From assembly GCF_036588685.1 (NCBI RefSeq), contig NC_086381.1:27962001-28026000 (forward strand): a stretch of DNA of 64,000 nt, given 5' to 3'. The translations under genes and the position numbers were made by a program. This DNA comes from Mytilus trossulus (taxonomy: Eukaryota). The notes below the pieces were generated by a model. That model had not been told where the DNA came from. It saw only the letters and a list, made by a program, of their open reading frames with translations, and did not search any database. Shown in pieces: positions 15,410 through 33,708 of this stretch (position 1 is its first letter; every line of letters begins with the position of its first letter).

Positions 15410-16163
15410 ACAGCCAGCTGAAAAATACAAATACAACGGCCCTTTTCAGGGCCACCAACATTTTTCAAAAAGAATCTGCATTTGTTGTACTTAAAAAGAA
15501 AACCATAGCTTTCTCCTGTCCAACTTTCTTTACTTTCCTTTTTCTTTTATTCGTTTATTTTTTTTAATTTCTTTTCACTATTTTTATTTAAGCCTATTAA
15601 AAAAAGACCAGCAAGGCTTTGGATACAATATGATTCCTGATTTTTGAATGTAAATAACATTTTTATTCTTTATTTCATATGTATTCTTTTATGTAAAAGA
15701 TATATTGCTGATTTTTCCTCCATTGTCAAACTCTAGTTATATTGTTTTTATATCCTAAAACAATCCCCCTCCCCCTTTTTTCTCTCTGTCGACGTATGTG
15801 TGAATTTAATCTGTTCGTGATATTTTTTTATATAATGTTTCAATACATATTCAAGTATAGTTCGATTCTAGACCCCCTCCCCCCCAAAAAAAGAGGGAAG
15901 AAATGTATAACCCGTGAAAAGGTTAAATTCTGGTGTATGTATATTTTTTCAAATCGGCTAATAAAATGAAGAATAAAGAAGAGAAAAGAAGAAAGAAAGA
16001 AAGAAAGACAAAAAGACAGAATTCAGATATAAATAAATTTGTCATTTTGGGGTGGGACACAGCTTCATTTAGAAGTTTGTTATGTACAACAATAATAAGA
16101 CTCTTTTTGAAAAATATTGGTGGCCCTGAAAAGGGCCGTTTGTGAAGTTAAACTTCTCGTTGT

Positions 16164-16538
16164 TTACTTGCTGCTGGTGTACTTTGTGACGGCTTTGGTA
16201 CCTTCACTGACAGCGTGCTTGGCCAATTCACCGGGTAGGAGCAGACGAACTGCAGTCTGGATCTCCCGAGATGTGATGGTAGATCTCTTGTTGTAGTGAG
16301 CGAGACGGGAAGCTTCTGCAGCGATTCTCTCAAAGATATCGTTGACAAAACTGTTCATGATAGACATAGCCTTTGAGGATACTCCAGTGTCTGGGTGCAC
16401 CTGTCTCAAGACTTTGTAGATGTAGATGGCATAGGATTCTCTCCTCTTCCTCCTCCTTTTCTTGTCACCGCCGGGTCTGGCAGTCTTTGCCTTTGTTACG
16501 GCCTTTTTGGCTCCTTTGGTTCCAACTTTTGGTGGCAT
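16164..16538 (-). CDS. H2B: Histone H2B
   Basis: Same protein as the first copy. Confidence 0.99.
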   Translation of the reverse strand: MPPKVGTKGAKKAVTKAKTARPGGDKKRRRKRRESYAIYIYKVLRQVHPDTGVSSKAMSIMNSFVNDIFERIAAEASRLAHYNKRSTITSREIQTAVRLLLPGELAKHAVSEGTKAVTKYTSSK

Positions 16539-16815
16539 TTTTGACAGATGTATACTCTCTGAAATGTAATCAGTGAATGATGGCCGTAAATAAAAATTTC
16601 TATTTATACTCGGCAAAACGGATTGAAAGTTTTTACTTAACGCGAACTTCGGAGAGAGCACCTTCTAACATTCAACCTAACTACCTGGAAGAAGCGATGA
16701 TTTGATTGGTTTAGAACTGAAACATCTTTCAATCCGTTTTGCGGGTATAAATAGTAAAATACCACCTAACGGGGTAATCATTGTTTATACTTGTTCAAGT
16801 CAAACAACGTATTAA

Positions 16816-17199
<384 letters not shown>

Positions 17200-18544
17200 A
17201 GTCAACACTACAGAAACTTCACTTACAACGGCCCTTTTCAGGGCCACCAACATTTTTCAAAAAGAATCTGACTTTGTTGTGCAATCTCAAACATAGCTCA
17301 CTCCCTCCATTTCTCTTGTCTTTATCTCTTTATTTTTCCTTTTCTTTATAAACAGCATACAGATGTCTACTTTCTTATTATATATATAACAATATTTGAT
17401 GTGGAAAAAAAATGAAGAACAGTACGAGTTTCTTTTTTTCCCCTATAAAAGTCCAAGAAAATAAACAACTATATATAAACGTAGATTCGATGAAAATGCG
17501 CAAGCACGAGAGGAAGAAAAACTCATAGTTGTTAGTGGTCAATATTGCATATATTTTTGGTGTAAATTTAGTTGCAGTCCTATATATTATACTATATAAG
17601 CACACACATTACAATCTATGACCTTATTTTTATATAATATATATTCGTTCGTTCGTTCGTTCGTTCGTTCGTTCGTTCGTTCGTTCGTTCGTTCGTTCGT
17701 TGTCTGTCTAACTGTGATCTATGTGAATTCTTTTCTTCCTCTTCTGCTGTCACATTCTCTTAGATATATAATATATATTTTGTATTCCTATACAAAGTAC
17801 TTATGCGTATGTTTATAGTTGTGTAGATTATTTTTTAGCTCAAATCCTTTGTATTTGCAAAATTCGTATATAAACAATAAAGAATACTTCAACAATGTGC
17901 AAGTTTCCCAGTATGCGTGCAGTATACTATATAGAGAATATCATGGCTTTACATGATACAGAGACTAGAGAATACAGACACTGTATAGCTAGAGAGAACA
18001 CAAAGACTATAGAGAGGATAAAAAGTGTTCTCTTTGTTTTAAGACACTGAGACGAGTGACAATTGTGTACTATAGTAAGCATGTCTATACGAGAAACTGG
18101 CTACACACACTAAGAAAACGGCTGCATTTCTATACCACTGGCTATTGATGAAAATGGATGGATGATGTTTTTTTTTCTCTTTTTCTTCTTCTATTTTGCT
18201 CTTTAATTTACATTTCCTGTCAATTATTAATTTCGTGTCAGACTGTTGATTAAACAATTATTTATTATTTGAATAAAGATTATTATTAAGTTCTGCATTA
18301 CTCTTGATTATTATTTTTTTTGGTCTTATGTCAAATTTTCGCTGACACTATCAGAATAGAAACAAATTGTGCCAATTGTTAGCTTGGGGTGAACAATCTT
18401 TAGCTTCAGTCCAAAAAGGGATCGAAAGCTGTGAAAGTAACTTCCAGATCAGTCCAATCATAATACAGAGATTTCAACCAATCAACGTGAGTTTTATTAC
18501 CCCGAAAGGCCAATCAGTGTCGTGTTTGCAAACATTGCGGCTAG

Positions 18545-19030
<486 letters not shown>

Positions 19031-20655
19031 ACTGACCTTTACTCTATACAATAACGGCCCTTTTAAGGGCCACCAATATTTTCCAAAAAGAGTCTGAATA
19101 TGTTGTACATCAAAATCAAAAATAGCTGAAACCCCCTCTCCACATCTTTCTTTATTTTTCTTTCTCTCCACATCTCTCTTTATTCTTCTTTCTTATTATC
19201 TTTTTTTTTTGCACTTAAGATTAGACAAGTCAGGTTACTGTATTGATAGGAGAAAAATATAGAGAAACTTATTTCAAAACATGCAAAGAAAATAAATAAA
19301 AGGATAAATAGAGAGAGAGACATACATATTTTTTATTTATCTAATTCTTCCAAATCCTTCGGGAAAAAACAAGAATGTTATACATTTTCTGGTATACCCT
19401 CCTGAAAAAATTAACATACATGTATACATTTAAATAAAAAAAAAAAGGTAAGAAAAAACATACTCCAAGAACAATACAATCCATCTTCTAATTACAGAAT
19501 TATTAAAATGTATTTCTTTCTAATTTCTGTGGTTATATTTTTCTCTAAATTGCATTTTTCTCGGTCTTATTTTCTCACTTATTTTTTAGATGCTTTTTGT
19601 ATGTAATTTTTACTCATATTGTGTATTCTACTGTGACAACATGAGAAGATTCAATTATTTTATATTTCTGAAATATATTTTCGGTACGGGTCCAAGTAGT
19701 CCACCTTAAATTCTCATTGAAAACTTTGTCTCCATCAATTGTGTGTTACAGAAAGAACTTTTTCTTGAATACCTTTATTTTGTGCTTAAAATGCATCTAT
19801 TTTGGGTGCTCTATGTGCCTTATAAATGATGTGAACATGTGTGCGGATGAATCTTTTTTTCCATTGGTGGAGAAAAATAGACAAGGCGCAATAATTCATT
19901 CATTCAATGATGTACCAATTGTGGTATTTAAAAAGTGAGGCTGCACTGTGTACATTTCAAAAACCTATGACTACATGTATAAAGTAGCTGCTAAATTTAG
20001 AAAGATTCCTAATTAGTTGTTAAAAGATGAGCATTGATTGTATACATGTAATAATAACATGTTTGAAATGTGAATTTCCCGGGACATCTTTATTGAAACT
20101 GGTAAAGGTGATTTTGAGAAAAATTATCATGCACACCTGTTTTTATTTACAAGTCTATCTGTCCATGCTTAAATAACTGACTGGTATGCTGTAGATTAGT
20201 TTTGCTTTTACTCTCTTAAGTCTGCAGAGCTGCAGTGGACTATCTCTGAAACTGTATCTTTTGAACAAGAAAAATACTGTATAAAAAGATTTTCTTTAAA
20301 CTAATTGTTTTTATATTGCAATTGCACATTGTTAACTCCTGCTTATGTATGCAGTGTGATATGTTCTTGTATTTTAAGTAAAAGGAAATAAATCTCTTTC
20401 ACATTGGAAAATATAAGAAGTATTAATTGATGATGGAGATCATTAGTTATTTGGTCCATCTCTTATAATCTTTGTATTTTTATTTGTATACAGTTTGAAA
20501 TATTTTATTTTCACATATTTTCAGAGAAGTGGATTGAAAGTGTACAGAATTCCTACAGAGTTACCTCCCCGATTTAGACGAAAACAACCAATCAGGTCCA
20601 ACCTATCAAAAATTCAGTGGTATTTCTTTTAGGGCCGCGTTCATCAGATATATAG

Positions 20656-21021
<366 letters not shown>

Positions 21022-21774
21022 ACAGCCAGCTGAAAAATACAAATACAACGGCCCTTTTCAGGGCCACCAACATTTTTCAAAAAGAATCTGCATTTGTTGT
21101 ACTTAAAAAGAAAACCATAGCTTTCTCCTGTCCAACTTTCTTTACTTTCCTTTTTCTTTTATTCGTTTATTTTTTTTAATTTCTTTTCACTATTTTTATT
21201 TAAGCCTATTAAAAAAAGACCAGCAAGGCTTTGGATACAATATGATTCCTGATTTTTGAATGTAAATAACATTTTTATTCTTTATTTCATATGTATTCTT
21301 TTATGTAAAAGATATATTGCTGATTTTTCCTCCATTGTCAAACTCTAGTTATATTGTTTTTATATCCTAAAACAATCCCCCTCCCCCTTTTTTCTCTCTG
21401 TCGACGTATGTGTGAATTTAATCTGTTCGTGATATTTTTTTATATAATGTTTCAATACATATTCAAGTATAGTTCGATTCTAGACCCCCTCCCCCCCAAA
21501 AAAAGAGGAAGAAATGTATAACCCGTGAAAAGGTTAAATTCTGGTGTATGTATATTTTTTCAAATCGGCTAATAAAATGAAGAATAAAGAAGAGAAAAGA
21601 AGAAAGAAAGAAAGAAAGACAAAAAGACAGAATTCAGATATAAATAAATTTGTCATTTTGGGGTGGGACACAGCTTCATTTAGAAGTTTGTTATGTACAA
21701 CAATAATAAGACTCTTTTTGAAAAATATTGGTGGCCCTGAAAAGGGCCGTTTGTGAAGTTAAACTTCTCGTTGT

Positions 21775-22149
21775 TTACTTGCTGCTGGTGTACTTTGTGA
21801 CGGCTTTGGTACCTTCACTGACAGCGTGCTTGGCCAATTCACCGGGTAGGAGCAGACGAACTGCAGTCTGGATCTCCCGAGATGTGATGGTAGATCTCTT
21901 GTTGTAGTGAGCGAGACGGGAAGCTTCTGCAGCGATTCTCTCAAAGATATCGTTGACAAAACTGTTCATGATAGACATAGCCTTTGAGGATACTCCAGTG
22001 TCTGGGTGCACCTGTCTCAAGACTTTGTAGATGTAGATGGCATAGGATTCTCTCCTCTTCCTCCTCCTTTTCTTGTCACCGCCGGGTCTGGCAGTCTTTG
22101 CCTTTGTTACGGCCTTTTTGGCTCCTTTGGTTCCAACTTTTGGTGGCAT
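21775..22149 (-). CDS. H2B: Histone H2B
   Basis: Same protein as the first copy. Confidence 0.99.
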   Translation of the reverse strand: MPPKVGTKGAKKAVTKAKTARPGGDKKRRRKRRESYAIYIYKVLRQVHPDTGVSSKAMSIMNSFVNDIFERIAAEASRLAHYNKRSTITSREIQTAVRLLLPGELAKHAVSEGTKAVTKYTSSK

Positions 22150-22432
22150 TTTTGACAGATGTATACTCTCTGAAATGTAATCAGTGAATGATGGCCGTAA
22201 ATAAAAATTTCTATTTATACTCGGCAAAACGGATTGAAAGTTTTTACTTAACGCGAACTTCGGAGAGAGCACCTTCTAACATTCAACCTAACTACCTGGA
22301 AGAAGCGATGATTTGATTGGTTTAGAACTGAAACATCTTTCAATCCGTTTTGCGGGTATAAATAGTAAAATACCACCTAACGGGGTAATCATTGTTTATA
22401 CTTGTTCAAGTCAAACAACGTATTAAATCAAA

Positions 22433-22809
<377 letters not shown>

Positions 22810-23041
22810 AGTCAACACTACAGAAACTTCACTTACAACGGCCCTTTTCAGGGCCACCAACATTTTTCAAAAAGAATCTGACTTTGTTGTGCAATCTCAA
22901 ACATAGCTCACTCCCTCCATTTCTCTTGTCTTTATCTCTTTATTTTTCCTTTTCTTTATAAACAGCATACAGATGTCTACTTTCTTATTATATATATAAC
23001 AATATTTGATGTGGAAAAAAAATGAAGAACAGTACGAGTTT

Positions 23042-23141
23042 NNNNNNNNNNNNNNNNNNNNNNNNNNNNNNNNNNNNNNNNNNNNNNNNNNNNNNNNNNN
23101 NNNNNNNNNNNNNNNNNNNNNNNNNNNNNNNNNNNNNNNNN
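23042..23141. other. Assembly gap (100 N)
   Basis: Run of exactly 100 N. Confidence 0.99.
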
Positions 23142-23828
23142 GTATTCTTTATTGTTTATATACGAATTTTGCAAATACAAAGGATTTGAGCTAAAAAATA
23201 ATCTACACAACTATAAACATACGCATAAGTACTTTGTATAGGAATACAAAATATATATTATATATCTAAGAGAATGTGACAGCAGAAGAGGAAGAAAAGA
23301 ATTCACATAGATCACAGTTAGACAGACAACGAACGAACGAACGAACGAACGAACGAACGAACGAACGAACGAACGAACGAACGAATATATATTATATAAA
23401 AATAAGGTCATAGATTGTAATGTGTGTGCTTATATAGTATAATATATAGGACTGCAACTAAATTTACACCAAAAATATATGCAATATTGACCACTAACAA
23501 CTATGAGTTTTTCTTCCTCTCGTGCTTGCGCATTTTCATCGAATCTACGTTTATATATAGTTGTTTATTTTCTTGGACTTTTATAGGGGAAAAAAGAAAC
23601 TCGTACTGTTCTTCATTTTTTTTCCACATCAAATATTGTTATATATATAATAAGAAAGTAGACATCTGTATGCTGTTTATAAAGAAAAGGAAAAATAAAG
23701 AGATAAAGACAAGAGAAATGGAGGGAGTGAGCTATGTTTGAGATTGCACAACAAAGTCAGATTCTTTTTGAAAAATGTTGGTGGCCCTGAAAAGGGCCGT
23801 TGTAAGTGAAGTTTCTGTAGTGTTGACT

Positions 23829-24207
23829 TTACTTGGCAGCTTTCTGTGTCTTCTTTGGCAGAAGTACAGCCTGGATGTTTGGTTAAAACACCACCTTGTG
23901 CAATGGTTACACCAGAGAGAAGTTTGTTCAATTCTTCGTCGTTTCTGATGGCCAACTGGAGATGACGGGGGATGATTCTGCTCTTCTTGTTGTCACGGGC
24001 AGCATTTCCTGCCAACTCCAAAACCTCAGCTGCTAAGTATTCCAAGACAGCGGCAAGGTAGACTGGTGCTCCGGCACCAACTCTCTCGGCGTAGTTTCCT
24101 TTCCTCAAAAGTCTGTGGATACGACCTACTGGGAACTGAAGTCCGGCACGGGATGACCTAGACTTTGCCTTTGCTTTGCTTTTCCTCCTTTTCCCTCGTC
24201 CTGACAT
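23829..24207 (-). pseudogene. H2A: Histone H2A with three single-base indels, net +1 (probably sequencing errors)
   Basis: Compensating insertion and deletion near the N-terminus ([13 protein letters not shown]) and an extra T near 23883 that shifts the C-terminus. Confidence 0.85.
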
Positions 24208-24491
24208 TTTGATTTAATACGTTGTTTGACTTGAACAAGTATAAACAATGATTACCCCGTTAGGTGGTATTTTTACTATTTATACCCGCAAAACGGATTG
24301 AAAGATGTTTCAGTTCTAAACCAATCAAATCATCGCTTCTTCCAGGTAGTTAGGTTGAATGTTAGAAGGTGCTCTCTCCGAAGTTCGCGTTAAGTAAAAA
24401 CTTTCAATCCGTTTTGCCGAGTATAAATAGAAATTTTTATTTACGGCCATCATTCACTGATTACATTTCAGAGAGTATACATCTGTCAAAA

Positions 24492-24866
24492 ATGCCACCA
24501 AAAGTTGGAACCAAAGGAGCCAAAAAGGCCGTAACAAAGGCAAAGACTGCCAGACCCGGCGGTGACAAGAAAAGGAGGAGGAAGAGGAGAGAATCCTATG
24601 CCATCTACATCTACAAAGTCTTGAGACAGGTGCACCCAGACACTGGTGTATCCTCAAAGGCTATGTCTATCATGAACAGTTTTGTCAACGATATCTTTGA
24701 GAGAATCGCTGCAGAAGCTTCCCGTCTCGCTCACTACAACAAGAGATCTACCATCACATCTCGGGAGATCCAGACTGCAGTTCGTCTGCTCCTACCCGGT
24801 GAATTGGCCAAGCACGCTGTCAGTGAAGGTACCAAAGCCGTCACAAAGTACACCAGCAGCAAGTAA
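24492..24866 (+). CDS. H2B: Histone H2B
   Basis: Same protein; synonymous GGA>GGT at 24647. Confidence 0.99.
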   Translation: MPPKVGTKGAKKAVTKAKTARPGGDKKRRRKRRESYAIYIYKVLRQVHPDTGVSSKAMSIMNSFVNDIFERIAAEASRLAHYNKRSTITSREIQTAVRLLLPGELAKHAVSEGTKAVTKYTSSK

Positions 24867-25618
24867 ACAACGAGAAGTTTAACTTCACAAACGGCCCTTT
24901 TCAGGGCCACCAATATTTTTCAAAAAGAGTCTTATTATTGTTGTACATAACAAACTTCTAATGAAGCTGTGTCCCACCCCAAAATGACAAATTTATTTAT
25001 ATCTGAATTCTGTCCTTTTTGTCTTTCTTTCTTTCTTTCTTCTTTTCTCTTCTTTATTCTTCATTTTATTAGCCGATTTGAAAAAATATACATACACCAG
25101 AATTTAACCTTTTCACGGGGTTATACATTCTTCCCTCTTTTTTTGGGGGGGAGGGGGTCTAGAATCGAACTATACTTGAATATGTATTGAAACATTATAT
25201 AAAAAAATATCACGAACAGATTAAATTCACACATACGTCGACAGAGAGAAAAAAGGGGGAGGGGGATTGTTTTAGGATATAAAAACAATATAACTAGAGT
25301 TTGACAATGGAGGAAAAATCAGCAATATATCTTTTACATAAAAGAATACATATGAAATAAAGAATAAAAATGTTATTTACATTCAAAAATCAGGAATCAT
25401 ATTGTATCCAAAGCCTTGCTGGTCTTTTTTTAATAGGCTTAAATAAAAATAGTGAAAAGAAATTAAAAAAATAAACGAATAAAAGAAAAAGGAAAGTAAA
25501 GAAAGTTGGACAGGAGAAAGCTATGGTTTTCTTTTTAAGTACAACAAATGCAGATTCTTTTTGAAAAATGTTGGTGCCCTGAAAAGGGCCGTTGTATTTG
25601 TATTTTTCAGCTGGCTGT

Positions 25619-25984
<366 letters not shown>

Positions 25985-27610
25985 CTATATATCTGATGAA
26001 CGCGGCCCTAAAAGAAATACCACTGAATTTTTGATAGGTTGGACCTGATTGGTTGTTTTCGTCTAAATCGGGGAGGTAACTCTGTAGGAATTCTGTACAC
26101 TTTCAATCCACTTCTCTGAAAATATGTGAAAATAAAATATTTCAAACTGTATACAAATAAAAATACAAAGATTATAAGAGATGGACCAAATAACTAATGA
26201 TCTCCATCATCAATTAATACTTCTTATATTTTCCAATGTGAAAGAGATTTATTTCCTTTTACTTAAAATACAAGAACATATCACACTGCATACATAAGCA
26301 GGAGTTAACAATGTGCAATTGCAATATAAAAACAATTAGTTTAAAGAAAATCTTTTTATACAGTATTTTTCTTGTTCAAAAGATACAGTTTCAGAGATAG
26401 TCCACTGCAGCTCTGCAGACTTAAGAGAGTAAAAGCAAAACTAATCTACAGCATACCAGTCAGTTATTTAAGCATGGACAGATAGACTTGTAAATAAAAA
26501 CAGGTGTGCATGATAATTTTTCTCAAAATCACCTTTACCAGTTTCAATAAAGATGTCCCGGGAAATTCACATTTCAAACATGTTATTATTACATGTATAC
26601 AATCAATGCTCATCTTTTAACAACTAATTAGGAATCTTTCTAAATTTAGCAGCTACTTTATACATGTAGTCATAGGTTTTTGAAATGTACACAGTGCAGC
26701 CTCACTTTTTAAATACCACAATTGGTACATCATTGAATGAATGAATTATTGCGCCTTGTCTATTTTCTCCACCAATGGGAAAAAAAGATTCATCCGCACA
26801 CATGTTCACATCATTTATAAGGCACATAGAGCACCCAAAATAGATGCATTTTAAGCACAAAATAAAGGTATTCAAGAAAAAGTTCTTTCTGTAACACACA
26901 ATTGATGGAGACAAAGTTTTCAATGAGAATTTAAGGTGGACTACTTGGACCCGTACCGAAAATATATTTCAGAAATATAAAATAATTGAATCTTCTCATG
27001 TTGTCACAGTAGAATACACAATATGAGTAAAAATTACATACAAAAAGCATCTAAAAAATAAGTGAGAAAATAAGACCGAGAAAAATGCAATTTAGAGAAA
27101 AATATAACCACAGAAATTAGAAAGAAATACATTTTAATAATTCTGTAATTAGAAGATGGATTGTATTGTTCTTGGAGTATGTTTTTTCTTACCTTTTTTT
27201 TTTTATTTAAATGTATACATGTATGTTAATTTTTTCAGGAGGGTATACCAGAAAATGTATAACATTCTTGTTTTTTCCCGAAGGATTTGGAAGAATTAGA
27301 TAAATAAAAAATATGTATGTCTCTCTCTCTATTTATCCTTTTATTTATTTTCTTTGCATGTTTTGAAATAAGTTTCTCTATATTTTTCTCCTATCAATAC
27401 AGTAACCTGACTTGTCTAATCTTAAGTGCAAAAAAAAAAGATAATAAGAAAGAAGAATAAAGAGAGATGTGGAGAGAAAGAAAAATAAAGAAAGATGTGG
27501 AGAGGGGGGTTTCAGCTATTTTTGATTTTGATGTACAACATATTCAGACTCTTTTTGGAAAATATTGGTGGCCCTTAAAAGGGCCGTTATTGTATAGAGT
27601 AAAGGTCAGT

Positions 27611-28020
<410 letters not shown>

Positions 28021-29440
28021 TGCGATATGTTCTCTGTGAAAATCTACGATTACACGACAGAATACTTTGAAACTTCGAATGTTAGTGTATTTGTGCTAGC
28101 CGCAATGTTTGCAAACACGACACTGATTGGCCTTTCGGGGTAATAAAACTCACGTTGATTGGTTGAAATCTCTGTATTATGATTGGACTGATCTGGAAGT
28201 TACTTTCACAGCTTTCGATCCCTTTTTGGACTGAAGCTAAAGATTGTTCACCCCAAGCTAACAATTGGCACAATTTGTTTCTATTCTGATAGTGTCAGCG
28301 AAAATTTGACATAAGACCAAAAAAAATAATAATCAAGAGTAATGCAGAACTTAATAATAATCTTTATTCAAATAATAAATAATTGTTTAATCAACAGTCT
28401 GACACGAAATTAATAATTGACAGGAAATGTAAATTAAAGAGCAAAATAGAAGAAGAAAAAGAGAAAAAAAAACATCATCCATCCATTTTCATCAATAGCC
28501 AGTGGTATAGAAATGCAGCCGTTTTCTTAGTGTGTGTAGCCAGTTTCTCGTATAGACATGCTTACTATAGTACACAATTGTCACTCGTCTCAGTGTCTTA
28601 AAACAAAGAGAACACTTTTTATCCTCTCTATAGTCTTTGTGTTCTCTCTAGCTATACAGTGTCTGTATTCTCTAGTCTCTGTATCATGTAAAGCCATGAT
28701 ATTCTCTATATAGTATACTGCACGCATACTGGGAAACTTGCACATTGTTGAAGTATTCTTTATTGTTTATATACGAATTTTGCAAATACAAAGGATTTGA
28801 GCTAAAAAATAATCTACACAACTATAAACATACGCATAAGTACTTTGTATAGGAATACAAAATATATATTATATATCTAAGAGAATGTGACAGCAGAAGA
28901 GGAAGAAAAGAATTCACATAGATCACAGTTAGACAGACAACGAACGAACGAACGAACGAACGAACGAACGAACGAACGAACGAACGAACGAACGAATATA
29001 TATTATATAAAAATAAGGTCATAGATTGTAATGTGTGTGCTTATATAGTATAATATATAGGACTGCAACTAAATTTACACCAAAAATATATGCAATATTG
29101 ACCACTAACAACTATGAGTTTTTCTTCCTCTCGTGCTTGCGCATTTTCATCGAATCTACGTTTATATATAGTTGTTTATTTTCTTGGACTTTTATAGGGG
29201 AAAAAAAGAAACTCGTACTGTTCTTCATTTTTTTTCCACATCAAATATTGTTATATATATAATAAGAAAGTAGACATCTGTATGCTGTTTATAAAGAAAA
29301 GGAAAAATAAAGAGATAAAGACAAGAGAAATGGAGGGAGTGAGCTATGTTTGAGATTGCACAACAAAGTCAGATTCTTTTTGAAAAATGTTGGTGGCCCT
29401 GAAAAGGGCCGTTGTAAGTGAAGTTTCTGTAGTGTTGACT

Positions 29441-29824
<384 letters not shown>

Positions 29825-30101
29825 TTAATACGTTGTTTGACTTGAACAAGTATAAACAATGATTACCCCGTTAGGTGGTATTTTACTATTTATACCCGCA
29901 AAACGGATTGAAAGATGTTTCAGTTCTAAACCAATCAAATCATCGCTTCTTCCAGGTAGTTAGGTTGAATGTTAGAAGGTGCTCTCTCCGAAGTTCGCGT
30001 TAAGTAAAAACTTTCAATCCGTTTTGCCGAGTATAAATAGAAATTTTTATTTACGGCCATCATTCACTGATTACATTTCAGAGAGTATACATCTGTCAAA
30101 A

Positions 30102-30476
30102 ATGCCACCAAAAGTTGGAACCAAAGGAGCCAAAAAGGCCGTAACAAAGGCAAAGACTGCCAGACCCGGCGGTGACAAGAAAAGGAGGAGGAAGAGGAGA
30201 GAATCCTATGCCATCTACATCTACAAAGTCTTGAGACAGGTGCACCCAGACACTGGAGTATCCTCAAAGGCTATGTCTATCATGAACAGTTTTGTCAACG
30301 ATATCTTTGAGAGAATCGCTGCAGAAGCTTCCCGTCTCGCTCACTACAACAAGAGATCTACCATCACATCTCGGGAGATCCAGACTGCAGTTCGTCTGCT
30401 CCTACCCGGTGAATTGGCCAAGCACGCTGTCAGTGAAGGTACCAAAGCCGTCACAAAGTACACCAGCAGCAAGTAA
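30102..30476 (+). CDS. H2B: Histone H2B
   Basis: Same protein as the first copy. Confidence 0.99.
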   Translation: MPPKVGTKGAKKAVTKAKTARPGGDKKRRRKRRESYAIYIYKVLRQVHPDTGVSSKAMSIMNSFVNDIFERIAAEASRLAHYNKRSTITSREIQTAVRLLLPGELAKHAVSEGTKAVTKYTSSK

Positions 30477-31230
30477 ACAACGAGAAGTTTAACTTCACAA
30501 ACGGCCCTTTTCAGGGCCACCAATATTTTTCAAAAAGAGTCTTATTATTGTTGTACATAACAAACTTCTAAATGAAGCTGTGTCCCACCCCAAAATGACA
30601 AATTTATTTATATCTGAATTCTGTCTTTTTGTCTTTCTTTCTTTCTTTCTTCTTTTCTCTTCTTTATTCTTCATTTTATTAGCCGATTTGAAAAAATATA
30701 CATACACCAGAATTTAACCTTTTCACGGGTTATACATTTCTTCCCTCTTTTTTTGGGGGGGAGGGGGTCTAGAATCGAACTATACTTGAATATGTATTGA
30801 AACATTATATAAAAAAATATCACGAACAGATTAAATTCACACATACGTCGACAGAGAGAAAAAAGGGGGAGGGGGATTGTTTTAGGATATAAAAACAATA
30901 TAACTAGAGTTTGACAATGGAGGAAAAATCAGCAATATATCTTTTACATAAAAGAATACATATGAAATAAAGAATAAAAATGTTATTTACATTCAAAAAT
31001 CAGGAATCATATTGTATCCAAAGCCTTGCTGGTCTTTTTTTAATAGGCTTAAATAAAAATAGTGAAAAGAAATTAAAAAAAATAAACGAATAAAAGAAAA
31101 AGGAAAGTAAAGAAAGTTGGACAGGAGAAAGCTATGGTTTTCTTTTTAAGTACAACAAATGCAGATTCTTTTTGAAAAATGTTGGTGGCCCTGAAAAGGG
31201 CCGTTGTATTTGTATTTTTCAGCTGGCTGT

Positions 31231-31596
<366 letters not shown>

Positions 31597-33222
31597 CTAT
31601 ATATCTGATGAACGCGGCCCTAAAAGAAATACCACTGAATTTTTGATAGGTTGGACCTGATTGGTTGTTTTCGTCTAAATCGGGGAGGTAACTCTGTAGG
31701 AATTCTGTACACTTTCAATCCACTTCTCTGAAAATATGTGAAAATAAAATATTTCAAACTGTATACAAATAAAAATACAAAGATTATAAGAGATGGACCA
31801 AATAACTAATGATCTCCATCATCAATTAATACTTCTTATATTTTCCAATGTGAAAGAGATTTATTTCCTTTTACTTAAAATACAAGAACATATCACACTG
31901 CATACATAAGCAGGAGTTAACAATGTGCAATTGCAATATAAAAACAATTAGTTTAAAGAAAATCTTTTTATACAGTATTTTTCTTGTTCAAAAGATACAG
32001 TTTCAGAGATAGTCCACTGCAGCTCTGCAGACTTAAGAGAGTAAAAGCAAAACTAATCTACAGCATACCAGTCAGTTATTTAAGCATGGACAGATAGACT
32101 TGTAAATAAAAACAGGTGTGCATGATAATTTTTCTCAAAATCACCTTTACCAGTTTCAATAAAGATGTCCCGGGAAATTCACATTTCAAACATGTTATTA
32201 TTACATGTATACAATCAATGCTCATCTTTTAACAACTAATTAGGAATCTTTCTAAATTTAGCAGCTACTTTATACATGTAGTCATAGGTTTTTGAAATGT
32301 ACACAGTGCAGCCTCACTTTTTAAATACCACAATTGGTACATCATTGAATGAATGAATTATTGCGCCTTGTCTATTTTTCTCCACCAATGGGAAAAAAAG
32401 ATTCATCCGCACACATGTTCACATCATTTATAAGGCACATAGAGCACCCAAAATAGATGCATTTTAAGCACAAAATAAAGGTATTCAAGAAAAAGTTCTT
32501 TCTGTAACACACAATTGATGGAGACAAAGTTTTCAATGAGAATTTAAGGTGGACTACTTGGACCCGTACCGAAAATATATTTCAGAAATATAAAATAATT
32601 GAATCTTCTCATGTTGTCACAGTAGAATACACAATATGAGTAAAAATTACATACAAAAAGCATCTAAAAAATAAGTGAGAAAATAAGACCGAGAAAAATG
32701 CAATTTAGAGAAAAATATAACCACAGAAATTAGAAAGAAATACATTTTAATAATTCTGTAATTAGAAGATGGATTGTATTGTTCTTGGAGTATGTTTTTT
32801 CTTACCTTTTTTTTTTTATTTAAATGTATACATGTATGTTAATTTTTTCAGGAGGGTATACCAGAAAATGTATAACATTCTTGTTTTTTCCCGAAGGATT
32901 TGGAAGAATTAGATAAATAAAAAATATGTATGTCTCTCTCTCTATTTATCCTTTTATTTATTTTCTTTGCATGTTTTGAAATAAGTTTCTCTATATTTTT
33001 CTCCTATCAATACAGTAACCTGACTTGTCTAATCTTAAGTGCAAAAAAAAAAGATAATAAGAAAGAAGAATAAAGAGAGATGTGGAGAGAAAGAAAAATA
33101 AAGAAAGATGTGGAGAGGGGGTTTCAGCTATTTTTGATTTTGATGTACAACATATTCAGACTCTTTTTGGAAAATATTGGTGGCCCTTAAAAGGGCCGTT
33201 ATTGTATAGAGTAAAGGTCAGT

Positions 33223-33708
<486 letters not shown>

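Noticed and set aside
23677-24207. 176-aa H2A with a long novel C-terminal tail (variant-like)
   Set aside because: Produced by a single-base insertion reading through the 3' UTR in an indel-rich contig end
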